The notes below the pieces were generated by a model. That model was not told the DNA's origin. It did not search any database and was given only the letters and a program-made list of their open reading frames with translations. A program made the translations under genes and the position numbers. A stretch of 48,117 nt of DNA from Dimargaris cristalligena (taxonomy: Eukaryota), in assembly GCA_003614675.1 (NCBI GenBank), contig ML002282.1:1-48117 (forward strand). The letters run 5' to 3'. Positions 1 to 14,365 of the stretch are shown piece after piece. Positions within the stretch are counted from its first letter, which is position 1. Each line of letters starts with the position of its first letter.

Positions 1-50
1 GAAAAAAAAGCCACTTCATACCCTGCATAATGATAATAATAGTAATATAA

Positions 51-3000
51 TTAGTGTGGCTTATAGGGGGACAGTACACCTTGCCACACCGGTCCCTGAT
101 GTTCGTGGACAATAAGGTTAACCTTGGGAAGAATCCGACAAGTCAGAATGCCCCGGGTCGAGTAGAACGAGCACCGCAAAGCGTCGGTCCTATTTAAAAG
201 TCCGTCAATGATGAGCTGTATAGTCGATGTCGACAGGTGCGTCGACGAGGTGATAATTGCTTGATGGTAAAAATGAATGACAAACTCGCCCATTCGACCT
301 AGGGATCAAATACAATGTTGCCGGTCGGAGATGGGTAGAGTACGTACATGAAGCACTGGTAACTCGACTGCCTCAGGGGCATTGAGGAGAGATTTTATCG
401 TCACCCCTGATTGCCTTTGGTTCACAATGACGTGAGCCAAAGCGTGGACATCAGGGAACTTGACCAGTTCGCCCAATGTTAGGGTCACATGGTATTTTTG
501 ACCAATGCAGTACTGGAGTTGCTCCAACTGGGCCAGTGAAGCCGCAGCTGTGGAATGTAGCGGCTGAGGCAAGTTCAATAAATACTGTTCAGGAGAGACA
601 AGTAATTCATTCACGACCACAGCTAACCACCATTCAGTGAAGGGTAGTGATTGGGTGGACTGAGGGGGAGGGACACTGAGGAAGGCTTGGGCAAACTGAC
701 TCAGTTGATGTGGCTGATCAATCTTGTCAACCAGGTGAGGGAATTGGTGAATGGAGATGTAGGTGTGGGGAATTAGGGTTGTTGGAACAGTGGGCGGGAG
801 CATGGCGGTTCGTAATAGCGCCAAATCATCGTCGGAAGAATTAGCCACTAGGACCACCAATCGATCGTTGGGCAGTAGCAGGGCTTTAGTAGATCGCGCT
901 CCAGCTTGGATAAGGGCTTGCTCCACAGTACCGAGGTGGACATGCTGGCCCCAGACCGTTACTCGCTGATCGGCGGAACCCAGAATACGAATGGAACCAT
1001 CGACATCCCGATAAGCGAGGATTGGGCGACTAAAGGGAATGGGTGTAGGGTTATTATGAGAGTTGGAGAAGTCCAGGCGGCCGATAACATCAGGTGGGCA
1101 GGGATGGTTGCGGCTATCCCGCACGGTCAGGGCGTAGTCACCTAGACGTTTGTCGATTTTGGGCAGACATAAAGTTACCAGCTGCTCACGAGATACTATA
1201 CAGTGACCATGAAAAATGGTTCCCTGGAAGACAATGAACCTGATAGAATCCTGCATTAATTGGAATGAACTGTGTCGAGCCCCGCTGGCCAGATTATGAA
1301 TAACCAGCTGCTCCCCCTCCCATGAGTCCAGAGGAACATTGTCAGCAAAGATGGCGCAGTGGTAGGATGACGCCGTTTCCGCCGAGGCGGAAGCGCAGGA
1401 TGTCGATATGGTGACATGAGAGACTAGACAGGCGAGAGTTAACCAAACGAATTCGGGACTGTTCAGGGCCAGCGATGAGCCAATCACACAACACCCCTTC
1501 CCACTAAAGTAAGAACCTGTTGACGAAAGAGCGCGGCCGATGGATGAATGGTTAACGGTAGAAAGAACAGGCCCTGTAGGGCACCATCCAGAATTGAAAG
1601 TCAGTGCAAAGTTATCCCTGTTTGCGGATAGAGTAGGCTGGGTGATGCACAAGGCACCATCCGTCAAACTCTCGGTTGGACTTGGAATATCAACTGTATG
1701 AATTCCGTTGGGCAGATGGGACGAAACGGCTTCAGCCTGGTCTGACGGTAGCCAAAGAGTACGGGAATCAGTCACTTTGACACAAGCTACTAGTTGGTCA
1801 ATGGATTTATCCATCGGCATTAATAGCAGCTGGGCTCCCAGTTTAATTCCCGCCAATAAGGATATCATTAGACTATCAGGACCGTCCACCAAAGCCACAA
1901 TCGATGACGAATCCGGGCTGGTCATCCCGGTAGTCTGGCAGGCCAAAGAATCGGCCAGCATGTTGACCTCATGATATAAAAGGGTGCATTCACGGAAAAT
2001 GAGCGCAGGACCATTTGAATGTTCCTGTACAACCTCGTCCCATTGCTGAGCTAGAGAAAACTGAGATAATGGTTCGCCATGATCGACCAATGAGCCGGGG
2101 GGTGTGGTGACTAGGGCTAGAGTATCGATATTAGTCTGTAGCCCGGCGGATAGAATCTGGGTGATGACAGCCTGGACCATACCGACTAAATGGACGATGG
2201 TGCTTTCGGAATAAGCTTCTTGGCTGTAGAAAGTACCAATTTCAGTGCCAATGAGTTTCTCAATAAACCCAATGGAAAGAGGATACTCAGTGAATTCATG
2301 AATTCGCACTTCGGAAACGACAAGCTTATGGGCCGGGTCGGGCGGCACTTCCGGGAAGTTCTCGAACCCTAGTAGGGTATGGAAGAGTGGACCGGCACGA
2401 CCGGCAGGACTTTGGTGCACACTTTCGGTGAGAACAGTATGTTCAAAAGGAATCATCCGCACCTGGGCCTGATGGAGGGACTGAAGCCAGGGGCCGAGAA
2501 GTGCTGAGTGGAGACCCACGCGGAACGGTAACGTATTCGTGCAGGGCCCTAACACTTCGTTCATAGCTGGCAGATCCAAGTTACGCCCCGAAACAGTAAC
2601 CCCAAATACTACGTCATCCTGATCAAGTAGGCGGCCCAAAACAATGGCATAAGCAGCCTGGAATAGAGTGGCTAAGGTTATACCCAGTTGCTGAGTAAAT
2701 GATTTTAAGACGCTCCGGGAAATTTCCAGTTGGGTTGAATAGGTCGCGAACCCCGGGGAACCCACGTAATTGGGGGAGAGAAGCGGGGCCGGCGTGACTG
2801 GCGCATCCAGCAGGTAGTCGGCCCAAAAAGCTTTGGCCGGAATCGGGTCTAATTTGTGCACGTGATCCACCACAGCCGAGAAGCCGGTTAGGGGAGCCGG
2901 TACCAGCATAGCAGGGTGGTGATAGGCCAATTTCCACTGCTGGAGTAGCAGAGGCAGTGACCAGCCATCAATAAGCGAGTGGTGGATAGTGACTATAACC

Positions 3001-6000
3001 TGGTGGGCCAAGCCATCGGCAGTGGGGAAGACGAAATTGCGAATCATTTGGTCGTGTAAATTAAACCCGCGCCGGCGGTTTGTAATGAAAAAGTCGTTAA
3101 GCGAGTCCAACGGTATATCAGTAATGGTCCAACTAGCTAGCGAGGAACGGAGTACAGCTTGGACAAAACCCTGGGACTGTTTAGCCGAGGATTCCATAAA
3201 CACTGTTCGCAATGGGGCATGTTGGTTAGCAACCCTATTCCAGGCGAATATCAAACGACCCGAATCCAGCGGGCCTGAAATGGTAACGGCCATTTGAATG
3301 AGGTACGATGAAGGGTCTTTTGATAAACTGGCCAGTAACCCGCCCTGAACCGCAATACAAGGCAAGAGATCATCCAGTTGCGTTAGAGGGATGTGTCGGA
3401 TATTTAGTTCCTTAACGATGACTTTGAATTCGGTGTCTGTGAGGGCCAGTTGGGGGAAATCATATTGGGTGACTATGGGCTCAATGGTCATTGAAGGTGA
3501 CGACTGTTTGGCAGTATTGGCGAGCTGAACCAAGTTGTGTCGCCAGCCCGTCATCATTTGGGAGATTACGTCACTGTGGTATACACGAGGATTGAACTCC
3601 ATAATCAATCGTAAACAGTCCCCGACCAGAGTGGGCATGGGGTTAATGTCGAATATGACATGGTCATTGGGGGCAAAGTCATGTAAGCCAAACAAATCGG
3701 ACCATTCAATTGTAACGAGGTCCTCACTTTGGCCATGGCCGGTATGGCCGAATCGGCCAAAGTAATTGAACTGAACGTCCATGCGGGCGGGTGTCTTGGC
3801 CTCGAGTTTGGCCCGTTCTTCGGCCGGAACGCTGGACATGTACTTGAGTAACCCGTACGGGAACCCTTTGGCTGGGATTTGCTGCAGGGCCACTTTGGTG
3901 TGTCGTAGTAGGTCGAGGACGGATTGGCCCGGTTGCACTCGGAGGACTAGGGGGTACAAGGCAGTGAACCAACCTATAGTACGAGTAATATCTTGATCCG
4001 GCAGCCAAGGCTCCCCGGCCGTGACATTCCATACAGAGGGAAACATAAGATAGACCCACGCTGTTGGCAAAGGTGTGGGCAAAGGTAGCTAAGAGTACGT
4101 CCCGAGGAGATACCCGCCACTGAGGGGCCAATTGGAAAAGCAAGGTGCTGGTAAACTCCGCTTCAAAGTCGAATGACGTTGATAGCCGGGCTGCTAGAAC
4201 TCCGGGACTGCTCAGTTGGGGTGGGGGCAGTAGCATGTGTAACTCGGGCATCGTTACTGCAGAGTCTACTTGGTTGGGCCAAATGTCGGCCGATAAGCCG
4301 GATGCATAGTCAACCAACTGATTCGACCAAGCCTGGAAGGATAGGGTATTGAGATCTTCGATTAACACTCGCCAGGCCACAAGGTCCACTAGAGAATGGT
4401 GGATGGTGATAAATAGCCGCGTGTCAGCCGATTCGGTGGGGTCGTGAATCAAGGCCGCCGCCAGGATGGGCCCGGCTGCAAGGTTCAAACTCGCCTGAAT
4501 TTGCAAAATAAAATCAGGGTAGTCCTCTGCAGCTACTGCCGCTTCCTGAACCACAAAGTCATCGGGTAAGGCCGCGGTGGTCGGAATGGTCTGGATCCAG
4601 TCCTGCCCAGATGCACCGGGTTGGATCCGCGCCCGTAAGATGTCGTGGTGGTTGGCCAGAGCAACCAAGACCTCGATAAGGATTGCTACGGGCAGGGCCG
4701 ATGCCTGCTTTACCTTGAGCGTAAACGATTGGTTGAAATGATGGGGGTTCTGCAGGGGCGCTTTCATGAACCAGTGCTGGACGGGTGTCAGAGGCACTTC
4801 GCCGAGAATTTGTCGCTGATGAGTCTCATTAATATTCAAGCAGGTTCTTTGAGCGTAATGGGCCAATTGGCCGAGTTCGGGGTACTGGTATATTAAGGGA
4901 ACGGTTAATCGAAAACCGAGTTGTTGGCCCTTGGACACCAAAAGAATGGCCGAAATCGAATCCCCTCCGATACGGAAAAAATGATCAGTGGTGCTTATGC
5001 TATTGGGGTCCATCTGAAGGACCTGGGCCCAGGCGTGGCGGAGGTCGTGCTCACTTTCGGATAGGGATGCTGCACTGTCATTGCTGGTATTATCAGCCAT
5101 AATCGATTGGCGCAGCAGGTGATCAATAGGTGGCAGGGACTTGCGGTCTAGTTTACCATTGATGGTGCTCTGGAAGTTGACCACCGGCACAATCAGTTGG
5201 GGGACCATCTGCTTAGATAAATGGCTAATTAAAAAGAGGCGTAGGGCGCTGTGGTCCAAGTCGGCCGGGCTGGCGTACAAACATAAGGTGTCCTGGACCA
5301 CGGCTGCGACGCAATGCTGAAGACCGGTGAAGCGACTGGCCACGTTCTCGACCTCTTCGAGTTCGATGCGATATCCGCGCAGTTTGACCTGGTTGTCAAT
5401 GCGACCTAGGAATTCGATGGTACCATTCGGGGTCCAACGAACATAGTCACCGGTCCGGTATACCCGCCCAGGCCCATAGGGATTGGGGATGAACTTGGCT
5501 TCCGTCAGTTCGGGAAGGTTTTGGTAGCCCCGAGCCACGCCAATGCCGCCGATGAGGAGCTCACCAGGAGCGCCAACCGGTACCAACCGGAGTTGGCTAT
5601 CAACCACTAAATCGAAACTGTTGCGAATAGGGGGTCCAATTGTAATAACGTCCTCCGAACCAATCTTGATAACGTTGCTATAGATTGTTGTTTCGGTAGG
5701 ACCATAAATGTTGGCGATAGTGCAATGACCTTCCCACTTGGCCTGAAACTCCAACGAGAACGGCTCTCCTCCAATGATGATAGTGCTCATATTGGGCAAT
5801 TCGGCGGGATCCAGGCGAGTGGCGAATGAGGGGATTAATAAACTAACGTCGGCCAATTTTAGGTCAGAGAGTATGTCAGCCGTTGGGATCACCATAGTCC
5901 CGCCACTACAGAGGATACGGACGGTATCTAGCAATATACCATCGAAGGCGACCGATAAAATCTGGATAGCCCGGTGGTCAGGGCCGTACATCTCCAGCAG

Positions 6001-7317
6001 GTAGGGCTCGGTTGCAATGTTGGCTAGACCACCATGCTCGACTAAAACGCCCTTGGGGCGCCCAGTGGTACCGGAAGTGTAGATGATGTAGGCCAAATGG
6101 TGAGATGACGAGGGATACGGCTCGAAATCAGACCAATGAGTGCTGTGGTATTGCCGGATAAAAGGGTCCACGGTCATAATGGGAACCTGGCTATCGCTAG
6201 GTACCTTTCCGAGGGCTGATTCAGTCACGATAACCATGGAAGCAGCGCTGTACTCCAAAATATATTGGATACGGTCGGCGGGATAGTCCGGGTCAATGGG
6301 CACATATGCCGCGCCGGATTTAAACACGGCCATAAAAGCGACGGTATAGGCAATTGTTTTGGGAATTAATAAGGCGAAGCGCGCCTCGGGTTGGGCGCCG
6401 TATTGCTCGACCAGGACGCGGGCAAGCGCAGAGCTAGTGCTATCCAACTGGCGATAGGTCCATTGGTCAGTACCGTGAACTAGTGCAGTATGATCCGGGT
6501 ACGTATGAGCGCAGTCGCTGAATAGTTGATGGATAGGCTTGCCAACGCCCTGAACGGGCGCATTCATCCGCGAAAACTCCATCAATCGAGCACGCTCTTT
6601 GCCACTGACCCAAGGAACATCGCTCAATAGAGTGGGTAGCGGGGACTGCAGTGCTTCGGCAACACCCCCCACCACAGTACCGAGTTGACTAATGAACTCC
6701 GCAATTCCTTCCGGTCGGTAATGCGTGCGGGAATATGTAGCAGTGATGGGCATACAGTAAGACGGTCCCTGGCAGCTAACAAGTACAAAAGCACCACTCT
6801 GGTTTAGAACATCCACGAACAGTGGGTGATGGCCATTAGCATCACCCATCCCGGCTGAAGTCGGGTTAACGCGTAGGAGGACTTCAGGCAGATTGGTTTC
6901 GGAATATTCTTCTTGAACACCAAGCACTCGATTGACTACCCCGGTTGAATCGAAATTTAATTCGCCAACCCAATTGTCCGGATTAATGCAAATACTCTCC
7001 GGTACTATAGAATGATGGAACTCGCGAGTGGTAGTTGTTTCAACAACATTGATACCGGTGAAGCCGAATGTAACGGCGTTTTCACGGGTATACCGACTGA
7101 GTATAATGGCCAGCGCCGTCTTGACCATCGTGATCGAAATAAGGCATTGGTCTGACTATGGGGGAACCCCGACGGGTTGGCCGAAATGGGTGGCGTAGCC
7201 CGGTTGGCTCACGCGGGGGGCACCTAAGGGCAGCCGCAGACTAGGCGAATGATGTCCGCTACGAACCGGAGGGTTGCGGCCCAAAATGGGGCGGGTTTGC
7301 TCCTGAGAATTGGCCAT
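51..7317 (-). pseudogene. Non-ribosomal peptide synthetase, disrupted: (C-fragment)-A-T-E-C-degenerate A-degenerate T-truncated C
   Basis: A-domain cores AYIIYTSGTTGRPKGV, NIYGPTE, YRTGD, GRIDNQVKLRGYRIELEEVE; T motif FFRIGGDSISA; E motifs PLTPVQHWF, HHSLVDLVAWRVL, ECHGR/EPW..DITRTIGWFT, FNYFG; C motif HHSLIDGWS. ATG 7317 is in frame with 7128 but interrupted by TAG at 7158-7156. An extra G (CCCC at 4013-4016 on +) separates ORFs 3724..7128 and 306..4082. TGA at 308-306 is in frame with ORF 51..293, which looks like a C-domain start (LPISDRQHCI*SLGRM..LLNRTDALRCSF). No introns needed. Confidence 0.9.
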
Positions 7318-10300
7318 GGGGGTGAGTTACGAGTTGATAAATTGAAGAGTGAAGCTCGAAAAAGCCTGGGTGTACGAAGTAGGAAAAATAATAATGTCTT
7401 ATGGAAAAATTGTGTGATCAAAGGGGTATACTATGGCAATCGCCAGATGAATGGGGTGGCTGGAAGTCAGGTTTTATGGTAAACCCGGCCCACTAACAGC
7501 AATGTGTCTTTCCACGGTTCGACACCTGAGGCTTGATCGGCATCTCCGACGATTGCTATACTGGTACTGTCGCATTCCCAGCGAGCGGAAACTCTGCATA
7601 TAACTTGTAAGATGCATGGAGACCGGTAGACTATAGAGAATGCAAATAGTGACTGATCCAAACAATCCGTAACGGTCGAACTTACATAACAGGTTCCTTA
7701 TTACCAATGCCATGTTATGGGGGATATATGAATTGCCATACAGTAAGTCCCAGCCCGGCTTTCCAGTGGTTGCATGGAGACTTAAGCAGGTTTTTCCTGG
7801 CAGAAGCCCTTGATGATATATGTCTCGTAAACCCTTCATTTGCTGGTGGGTTGACCTGGGCCCATCAATGAGTTTCTACATTCCTGTTGCGATGAGTGTA
7901 AGGGCCAACATTCTTCGGAGATTATGAACGTCATAGCAGTAATATCTATTGTTAACCTGTATATCCTAATATTAAATAGTTGCTACGAGTCAAAAGCCCA
8001 CATGTACCTCTAATTGGTGGGCCGCTAGGAAACAATAGACCAAGGTTCACGGGAATAGGGTGTGAATTAGGCCAAATAAGGGGCTTCGTCCAGGGAGTAA
8101 GGTCGTCCCATCGCCAGCTCCACACAGGGTCGGAAGTAGAGTTGGATTTGATGGCCGGGTCCTTCGTGCACTACGCTATAGCCCACACATACTCCAAATT
8201 TGTAACTACAAGGCTTGCAACCGCACTGTATGTGGCTGTGCAGATTACACCCCCCAAGGAAATATCCAAGTAACACATGTCTGAGAAATTGGGTCTGGTG
8301 GATGTAAGTGGGAAACTGCCTGGTGGTTCAACTATTTTTAGGGAGGAACTCTTATCAAAATAGCTGTACCCATGGCTATGCATACTAAACTCTCTAGAGT
8401 CCACAGTTGATGGAGTGTGGCGAGGTACGGACATACCAGCATCGGCCATCCTGTGAGTGGATTTCCGCCACCATAAATGAGTGTAGGTGGAGTTTTCCAT
8501 GCAATTGAATAGCTAATAAACCTACTGCCACAGACTCAGTTGACCGCGAAGTGCGGTTTTGATACTGGTATGCCTTGCCTTTCGGAATTCCAGGCTCGCC
8601 TCATTTCTCCCATCAGCTACTGTTACTGCTCATGACCGTGTCGCGAGTCTATTCCAAGCCCTTTATTAATCAACCCCAATTGGATAAAAAGGCGCTGTCA
8701 ATGTCCTGGGTGGGCCTAATCAGCGTTGCAGTGCAGCGCACCCGACTCGGTGCACTTCCTTGTCACAAGCAAAGTGACAGTATTAGTTCAATAACAAGGG
8801 GAAATAGCAATTTGGACCTATTCTGTGGGTCTAGATTTTTGGTATTATGTTGTGCTAATGTCACAGAAATAGTCAATTTACGGCGGAAAAAGAACTACAA
8901 TATCAGACGGACCACTATAAAAGACCTGTAGGGTGTATTTCGATACCCCTTAGCTGCCATTGCCTTTTGGGCTTATTTGGATATTCCTAAACCCATCCCG
9001 CATTCCTATAGATATTATGTATGTATTGCCACCCTTTGGGATATACTTGGATTACAATTAGTATTTTTATTTATCGTCAAGCGTCTTCCTTCCCTGTTCT
9101 TACCAATATTCGCTATTGGGAATACGTCCACTATCGCTGAGACACTGGGCACACCCGGGCCAACATCCAGTTAACTTAATTCAAGCACCTCCATACCAAT
9201 GTAATCATTTATTAAGATCCGGCGCGTCCTGCATACTCGATCCTGACACTCCTCATTGCTATAGCGGCATGGGTGTGGTGTAGGAAAATGGTACCTCATA
9301 CCCACCCTCTATATCCACATAGTAGCAACATCTACCGCGATCCTCGAGTAACCCATAATTACTACAGCTGGTTTATTATTGTATTAGATTAAACCCATGG
9401 AGTGTACTTTAGTATAAACATTTCAAACATATTACAAGGTATATGGATAAGGTCTTATAAATGGCACCTTTGTGCAACAGTTAAGCTACATTATTCCCTG
9501 TGTGATAGTTTATTACAAAGCCAACTCTCTCCCTAAGCAATGTCTATTGTCTTACCCGCTATTCTAGCCCTAATATAGTGGCTGGTCGAGGCTTTGGCAG
9601 TGGATTTCCTAACGTGAGGATATTGGATTGTCCCATTGGTGACGTGGTTATAAGTCAGAGAACAAAATAAGGAGCACCGCAGTGAACCAAGTTCGTCGAA
9701 AACGGCCTTGAAGTCGGATTTTTTTTAACTCTTATGCACTGCAGTTCTGCGCCCCTTAACTGACAGTGTAATGTCCCATTCAATACGGATCTTAACGTTC
9801 CTATTTATCTTCCGGCCCGTTCTTTGCCGGGACTTATCAATTGGAATACACTAAATAAAGCAACCATGGATGAATCGTCGCGCCGCTTCTATTGTGAGAG
9901 ATACTTTCGATTGACTACAGGCCGACATAACATGTCCTCCAATGGTTCCTAACTCCATGCCATTGACTGGGCGTCACCCAGACAATGAGCTTAAATACAT
10001 AAACATGGGAGAAGCCCAATCCGGCTGTATAAACGGTTATTGTCGGGCCTAATATTTTAGAGCCGCACATTTACGACTAATCTTCGCATGAATTCTATGT
10101 TGGATATACACAGATGGGCGTAAGTGCTATCCAGATTAAGCACAATACACCCGGTAAATATTAACCAAATAAAACCATAATCTGGGTCACTTTGAGTCAA
10201 GTCGGTTATTGTTTATCGGGGATAATAGCCGTGGAGGCGCGCCTATTGCTGAGTGTGCCGCTCGTATAAGGTGGATGGAAAAGTGGCGACTATTTTCCAA

Positions 10301-10800
10301 TTTGGCAAACACCTGTGTATTCTAACGTGAAGCAGTTAACCACCAAAAAAGTAGAAGGGATACTATGCCAGACCAGACTCGGAACACGTTTATATGGAAA
10401 CCAGGTTTTGGAAAGACTTGCCATTGCTATATATACGCCTTTTTTTCGAGGGTCAAAAGGGTATATCGCTCCGCAATGCGCATTATTCGGTATATTGCTG
10501 TGTCATTTCTACCCACGCGGTTGAAATGCTCACCCCACACTTTTATCATGTATAATACCAGATACACCTCTAGTCCCAAGTGTAAGTTGCCCGAAGTCGT
10601 AAAGAACATATTATATATACGGCCGGGTGAAGGGATTAACTGTGTAGGACTGAGGCGTTCACAGGACCCGCCCGCTAACAACCCACACAATAAGCACAAA
10701 CAGACAGACCCAGTGGCCATTCCCTCGCCCATTAGTTTTTTTTATAGTTCATTTCCCTCTCCATCCCTCGCGGTCTCATTTAACCCTAGGCTGACTTCAT

Positions 10801-11088
10801 GTGAGTAGGAGAGGCCTTTTTCACCTTGCGTCAATTAAACCCTTCTTATCCTTCTTCCATTTCCACGAGGTTACGCCCCTTTGTTCATACTCCAGACTCC
10901 GCCAAATCCCTCCCGCTTACATTCTAGCCGGCCGAAACCCACTTCCGCTCCAGCCTACTTAGCTTTTGACTTTGGTGGTTATTTCCCCTCATACTTAGGG
11001 ACATCTGCTATTATCGAGTACCGGCACTTCCGGCGCATCCCCAAGTGGCACTCCCGACCCATACAGTTTTGTTTATTTTTGATTTCAG
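10801..11088 (+). other. Probable 5'UTR intron of MTR10
   Basis: GTGAGT donor at 10801; T-rich tract ending TTTCAG at 11088, 10 nt before the ATG at 11099. Confidence 0.5.
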
Positions 11089-11098
11089 CTTATTCACG

Positions 11099-14000
11099 AT
11101 GGAATTCACCGTTGCTGGGATTTGCCAAACCGTCGGAGAACTCTATAAGAGTTCAACCCCAGAAAGCCAACAACTCGCCAACCAGCGTTTACTCGACTTC
11201 CAAAAAACAGTAAGTAACCCCGAGTAATGAGGTTCCACTGAACCATCTGCATCGCAATCCCTATACCTCGACCCGCCCCCCTTTTTTGAGTGAGAATCGA
11301 GGGACTCGATTGAAAAACCGCGAATCTCTCATCGCAGGAAGGCAAGAGCTCCAGCCCGCTCTCTGTTGGGCATTTGGTAACCCTAGCCAGGTTAGCTCTT
11401 ATCTAATCGCTTTAAGCTATACAACCGTATTGAATTTTTACCCACCCATAGCCCCAGGCCTGGTCGATTGCCGATAACATCTTGAACAACTCGGCCATTA
11501 GCCCCGAAATCAAAATTTTTGCGGCCCAGACCCTTAGACAAAAGGTAGATTACGGCAACAATGCCATTTATTCATTTTGGACTATTATATTCCTTACCAT
11601 TGTATGTGGTTACGCTGGTTAGTCAGCTACCATTCCTCACCACATTGTTCGTTTTATTTGGAACCTCCGGCCCCCTTACCGAATGATATTCTGCTTCTCC
11701 CACTCTATACCTTGTCCATTAGATTACCTACGATTTGAGCGAACTAGACACCAATGCCCGCATTTCGCTTCGGGACTCTCTACTCAACCTGCTCAACACC
11801 TACTGCAATGGCCCAAAAGCAATTACCACTCAAGTTTGCCTATCGCTCGCGGGGTTGGCCCTGCAAGTAACCGAATGGGACAACGTGCTGAACCACATGA
11901 TCCAGCTGTTCGGGTCTAAATCCGAGTCCGTGGGTTGCCTCATCGAGTTCCTATCCGTCCTGCCGGATGAGATCAACAACAACGATCGCATTGTCATGGA
12001 CATGGAGGTTTACCGCGAACGGTCCAAGACCCTGCTGACGGACAATGCGCCCCTGGTCGTTGGGGCCCTGGGTCAGTATATGCAGCAGAGTGACCTCAAA
12101 GCAGATGTGCGTCGCAGTATTTTGGAGTGCTTCCGAAGCTGGCTCAAGTCGGGTGACATTACCGCCGAGTCCCTCGACCAAAGTCCGCTCATGGGTATGG
12201 CCTTCCAGTCCCTCCAGATTGACGACCTCTTCGAAACCGCGGTGGATGTCATCTGCTGCATAGTATTCGAATCCAAGGACAACTCGACTTCCACCCAGAC
12301 TATCGAACGGGAAATTTACCCGCGTCTCCTGGAGGTGCGCCAGCTGATGCAGGTCAAACGGTCCGAAATGGATGACGAAATGGCCCGTGGGTTCTGCCGA
12401 ATTTTCACCGAGGCCTGCGAGTCCTATTTGTATCTATTGACCCGCAATGCCCCCGTGTTTGAGCCCCTGCTGCAGGGTCTGCTCGAGTGCATGACGTACC
12501 CGGACCTCGAAATTGTGCCCATGACCTTCAATTTCTGGGACCAGCTGGCCGAATACCTTAACTTGCCCGGCCAGCGGGCGGTCAAACCCCACTACGGACC
12601 CCTGTTCGCCACTCTCGTCGATATCATAATGACCCATTTGCGTTATCCTTCCGAACAGGCGACTTGGACGGCTGAACAGCAAGACCAGTTCCGGTCCTTC
12701 CGGCACCAAATGGGCGATGTTCTTAAGGCGTGTGTGACCGTTATTGGTGACGAAGCGGCCCTGGCCCGGCCCTACCAGGTGCTCGAGGCCGCCGTACCCA
12801 ACCAGGGTGGTGCCCCAACCAGCAACGATGCCTGGCAGACTATCGAAGCGGCCCTCTTTACGCTCCGGGCCATGGGCGCCGAAATCCCGCGCGAGTCGGA
12901 TGGCTTTATGCCTAAAATTATGGCGCTACTCCCGCGCCTCCCCAGCCAGCCCAAGATCCGCTATGCAGCCACCCTGGTGATTAGCCGCTACACCTTTTGG
13001 ACCCACGCCCACCCTGACCTTATCCCTTTCCAGCTGGATTTTATCTGCAACGGCCTGAAGGATCCCGACGTCGCCGCGGCCGCTGCCATGGCCTTACGGT
13101 TCCTCTGCCGGGATTGTGCTGAATGGCTCTTCCAATTTCTACCCCAACTCCACCAACTCTACACCGCCCTGGTCCCTGTGGCTCATCACCAGGACGCCCG
13201 GGAATTGACCGAGGGTGTGGCCCACGTTGTCGCCTCCCTGCCGGCCGACCAAATCCTAGGGGGCCTACAGCCGTTTTGCGAACCCTTCCTAGTTCGCCTG
13301 GCCGCCCTGGCCGACCGTAACGGAGGACTTGACAACTCGGAACGCCAAGAATTGGGCTATATTCTCGAACGGGTCACTCTATTCTTCCGGATCGCGGGCG
13401 AAAAGGGTAACGGGGCCCCGCTGAATGACCTCCTTGGGCAGGTTTGGACCTATGTGCAAAAGGTTGCCACCGTTTACCACGCTGACAATCAGCTCTCCGA
13501 GATGATCTGCCAATTCATGCACTGCTGCGTCGGTCCTTTCGCGGCTTACTTTGTGTCCCAACTGGGTCCCCTCGCCGAACTGTTGGTCCACTGCTTCTCC
13601 AACTCGGGTCTAAGTTGCTACCTTTGGGTGGCCAAGAACTGCGTGCGACGCTATTCGCTGCCGGGCGACCAAATCCCGGTGCTCCTAAATTTATTGACGC
13701 ACCTTGGCCAGGCCTACTTTAATATGGCCAACAGCCGCAATTTGGCCGATGTCCCCGACGTGGTGGAGGATTTCAATTGCCTGCTGGTGGCCTGTCTGCA
13801 TGAATTCCCTAGCCGTATTTTCGAAAGCCCCTGGTTTGGCCCCCTGCTTGCCCTGCAAATCCCCCTCTTAGCTATTCAGGAACGGTACGCCCTGGGGGCT
13901 ATGTTCAAAATGCATTTGCTGTGTTTGGACCTGGCGGTGAATAACTTCCCTAACCCCCACGAGTCCCCATCGAACGCGCACCACCATCGTCACCAGGACA

Positions 14001-14365
14001 GCAACCACCTAACCGCGGCGGCGGTGAACCAGGTAGTGGCGGCGTACCGGAACAACGGCCCCGGTCTGACCCGGGCGCTCATGTCAGGTATCCTCGAACA
14101 ATTTAACCCGTCGTTCGTGGGCGATGCCGCTACCGCCCTGACTTATTTGTTTGAACTAATGCCCACCGAAGCGCCCGGCTGGCTGGCCGATATCATTTCG
14201 ACCGTCCCTGACCATGCGTACCCTGGGGCGTCGAAGCAATCCTTCTTGGCCGCCGTGACGAATATTGTGCAGAACCGAACGTGGGCCAATCTGCCCCGTC
14301 GTTTGCGCGACTTGTCGGCGTTTTACCGCCGTCGCAACCACTTGGGTGGTCTGGCGACTGAGTAG
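11099..14365 (+). CDS. MTR10: Importin-beta family nuclear import receptor Mtr10/transportin-SR (TNPO3-like); exons 11099-11209, 11452-11544, 11723-14365
   Basis: Spliced N-terminus MEFTVAGICQTVGELYKSSTPESQQLANQRLLDFQKT|PQAWSIAD..FAAQTLRQK|ITYDLSEL matches the IBN_N/Xpo1 region. Donors GTAAGT (11210) and GTAGAT (11545); acceptors at 11451 and 11722; both phase 0. Family motifs FRSFRHQMGDVLK, WQTIEAALFTLRAMG, IRYAATLVISRYTFW. Confidence 0.92.

Noticed and set aside
306-308. In-frame TGA in the NRPS as selenocysteine or an alternative genetic code
   Set aside because: Position corresponds to Trp rather than Cys, other genes here use TGG for Trp, and the same gene has additional lesions.
7467-10300. 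Short ORFs upstream of the NRPS as cluster genes or a transposon
   Set aside because: No tailoring enzyme, transporter, RT, integrase or transposase motif recognised; may be decayed coding DNA, but I cannot support a call.
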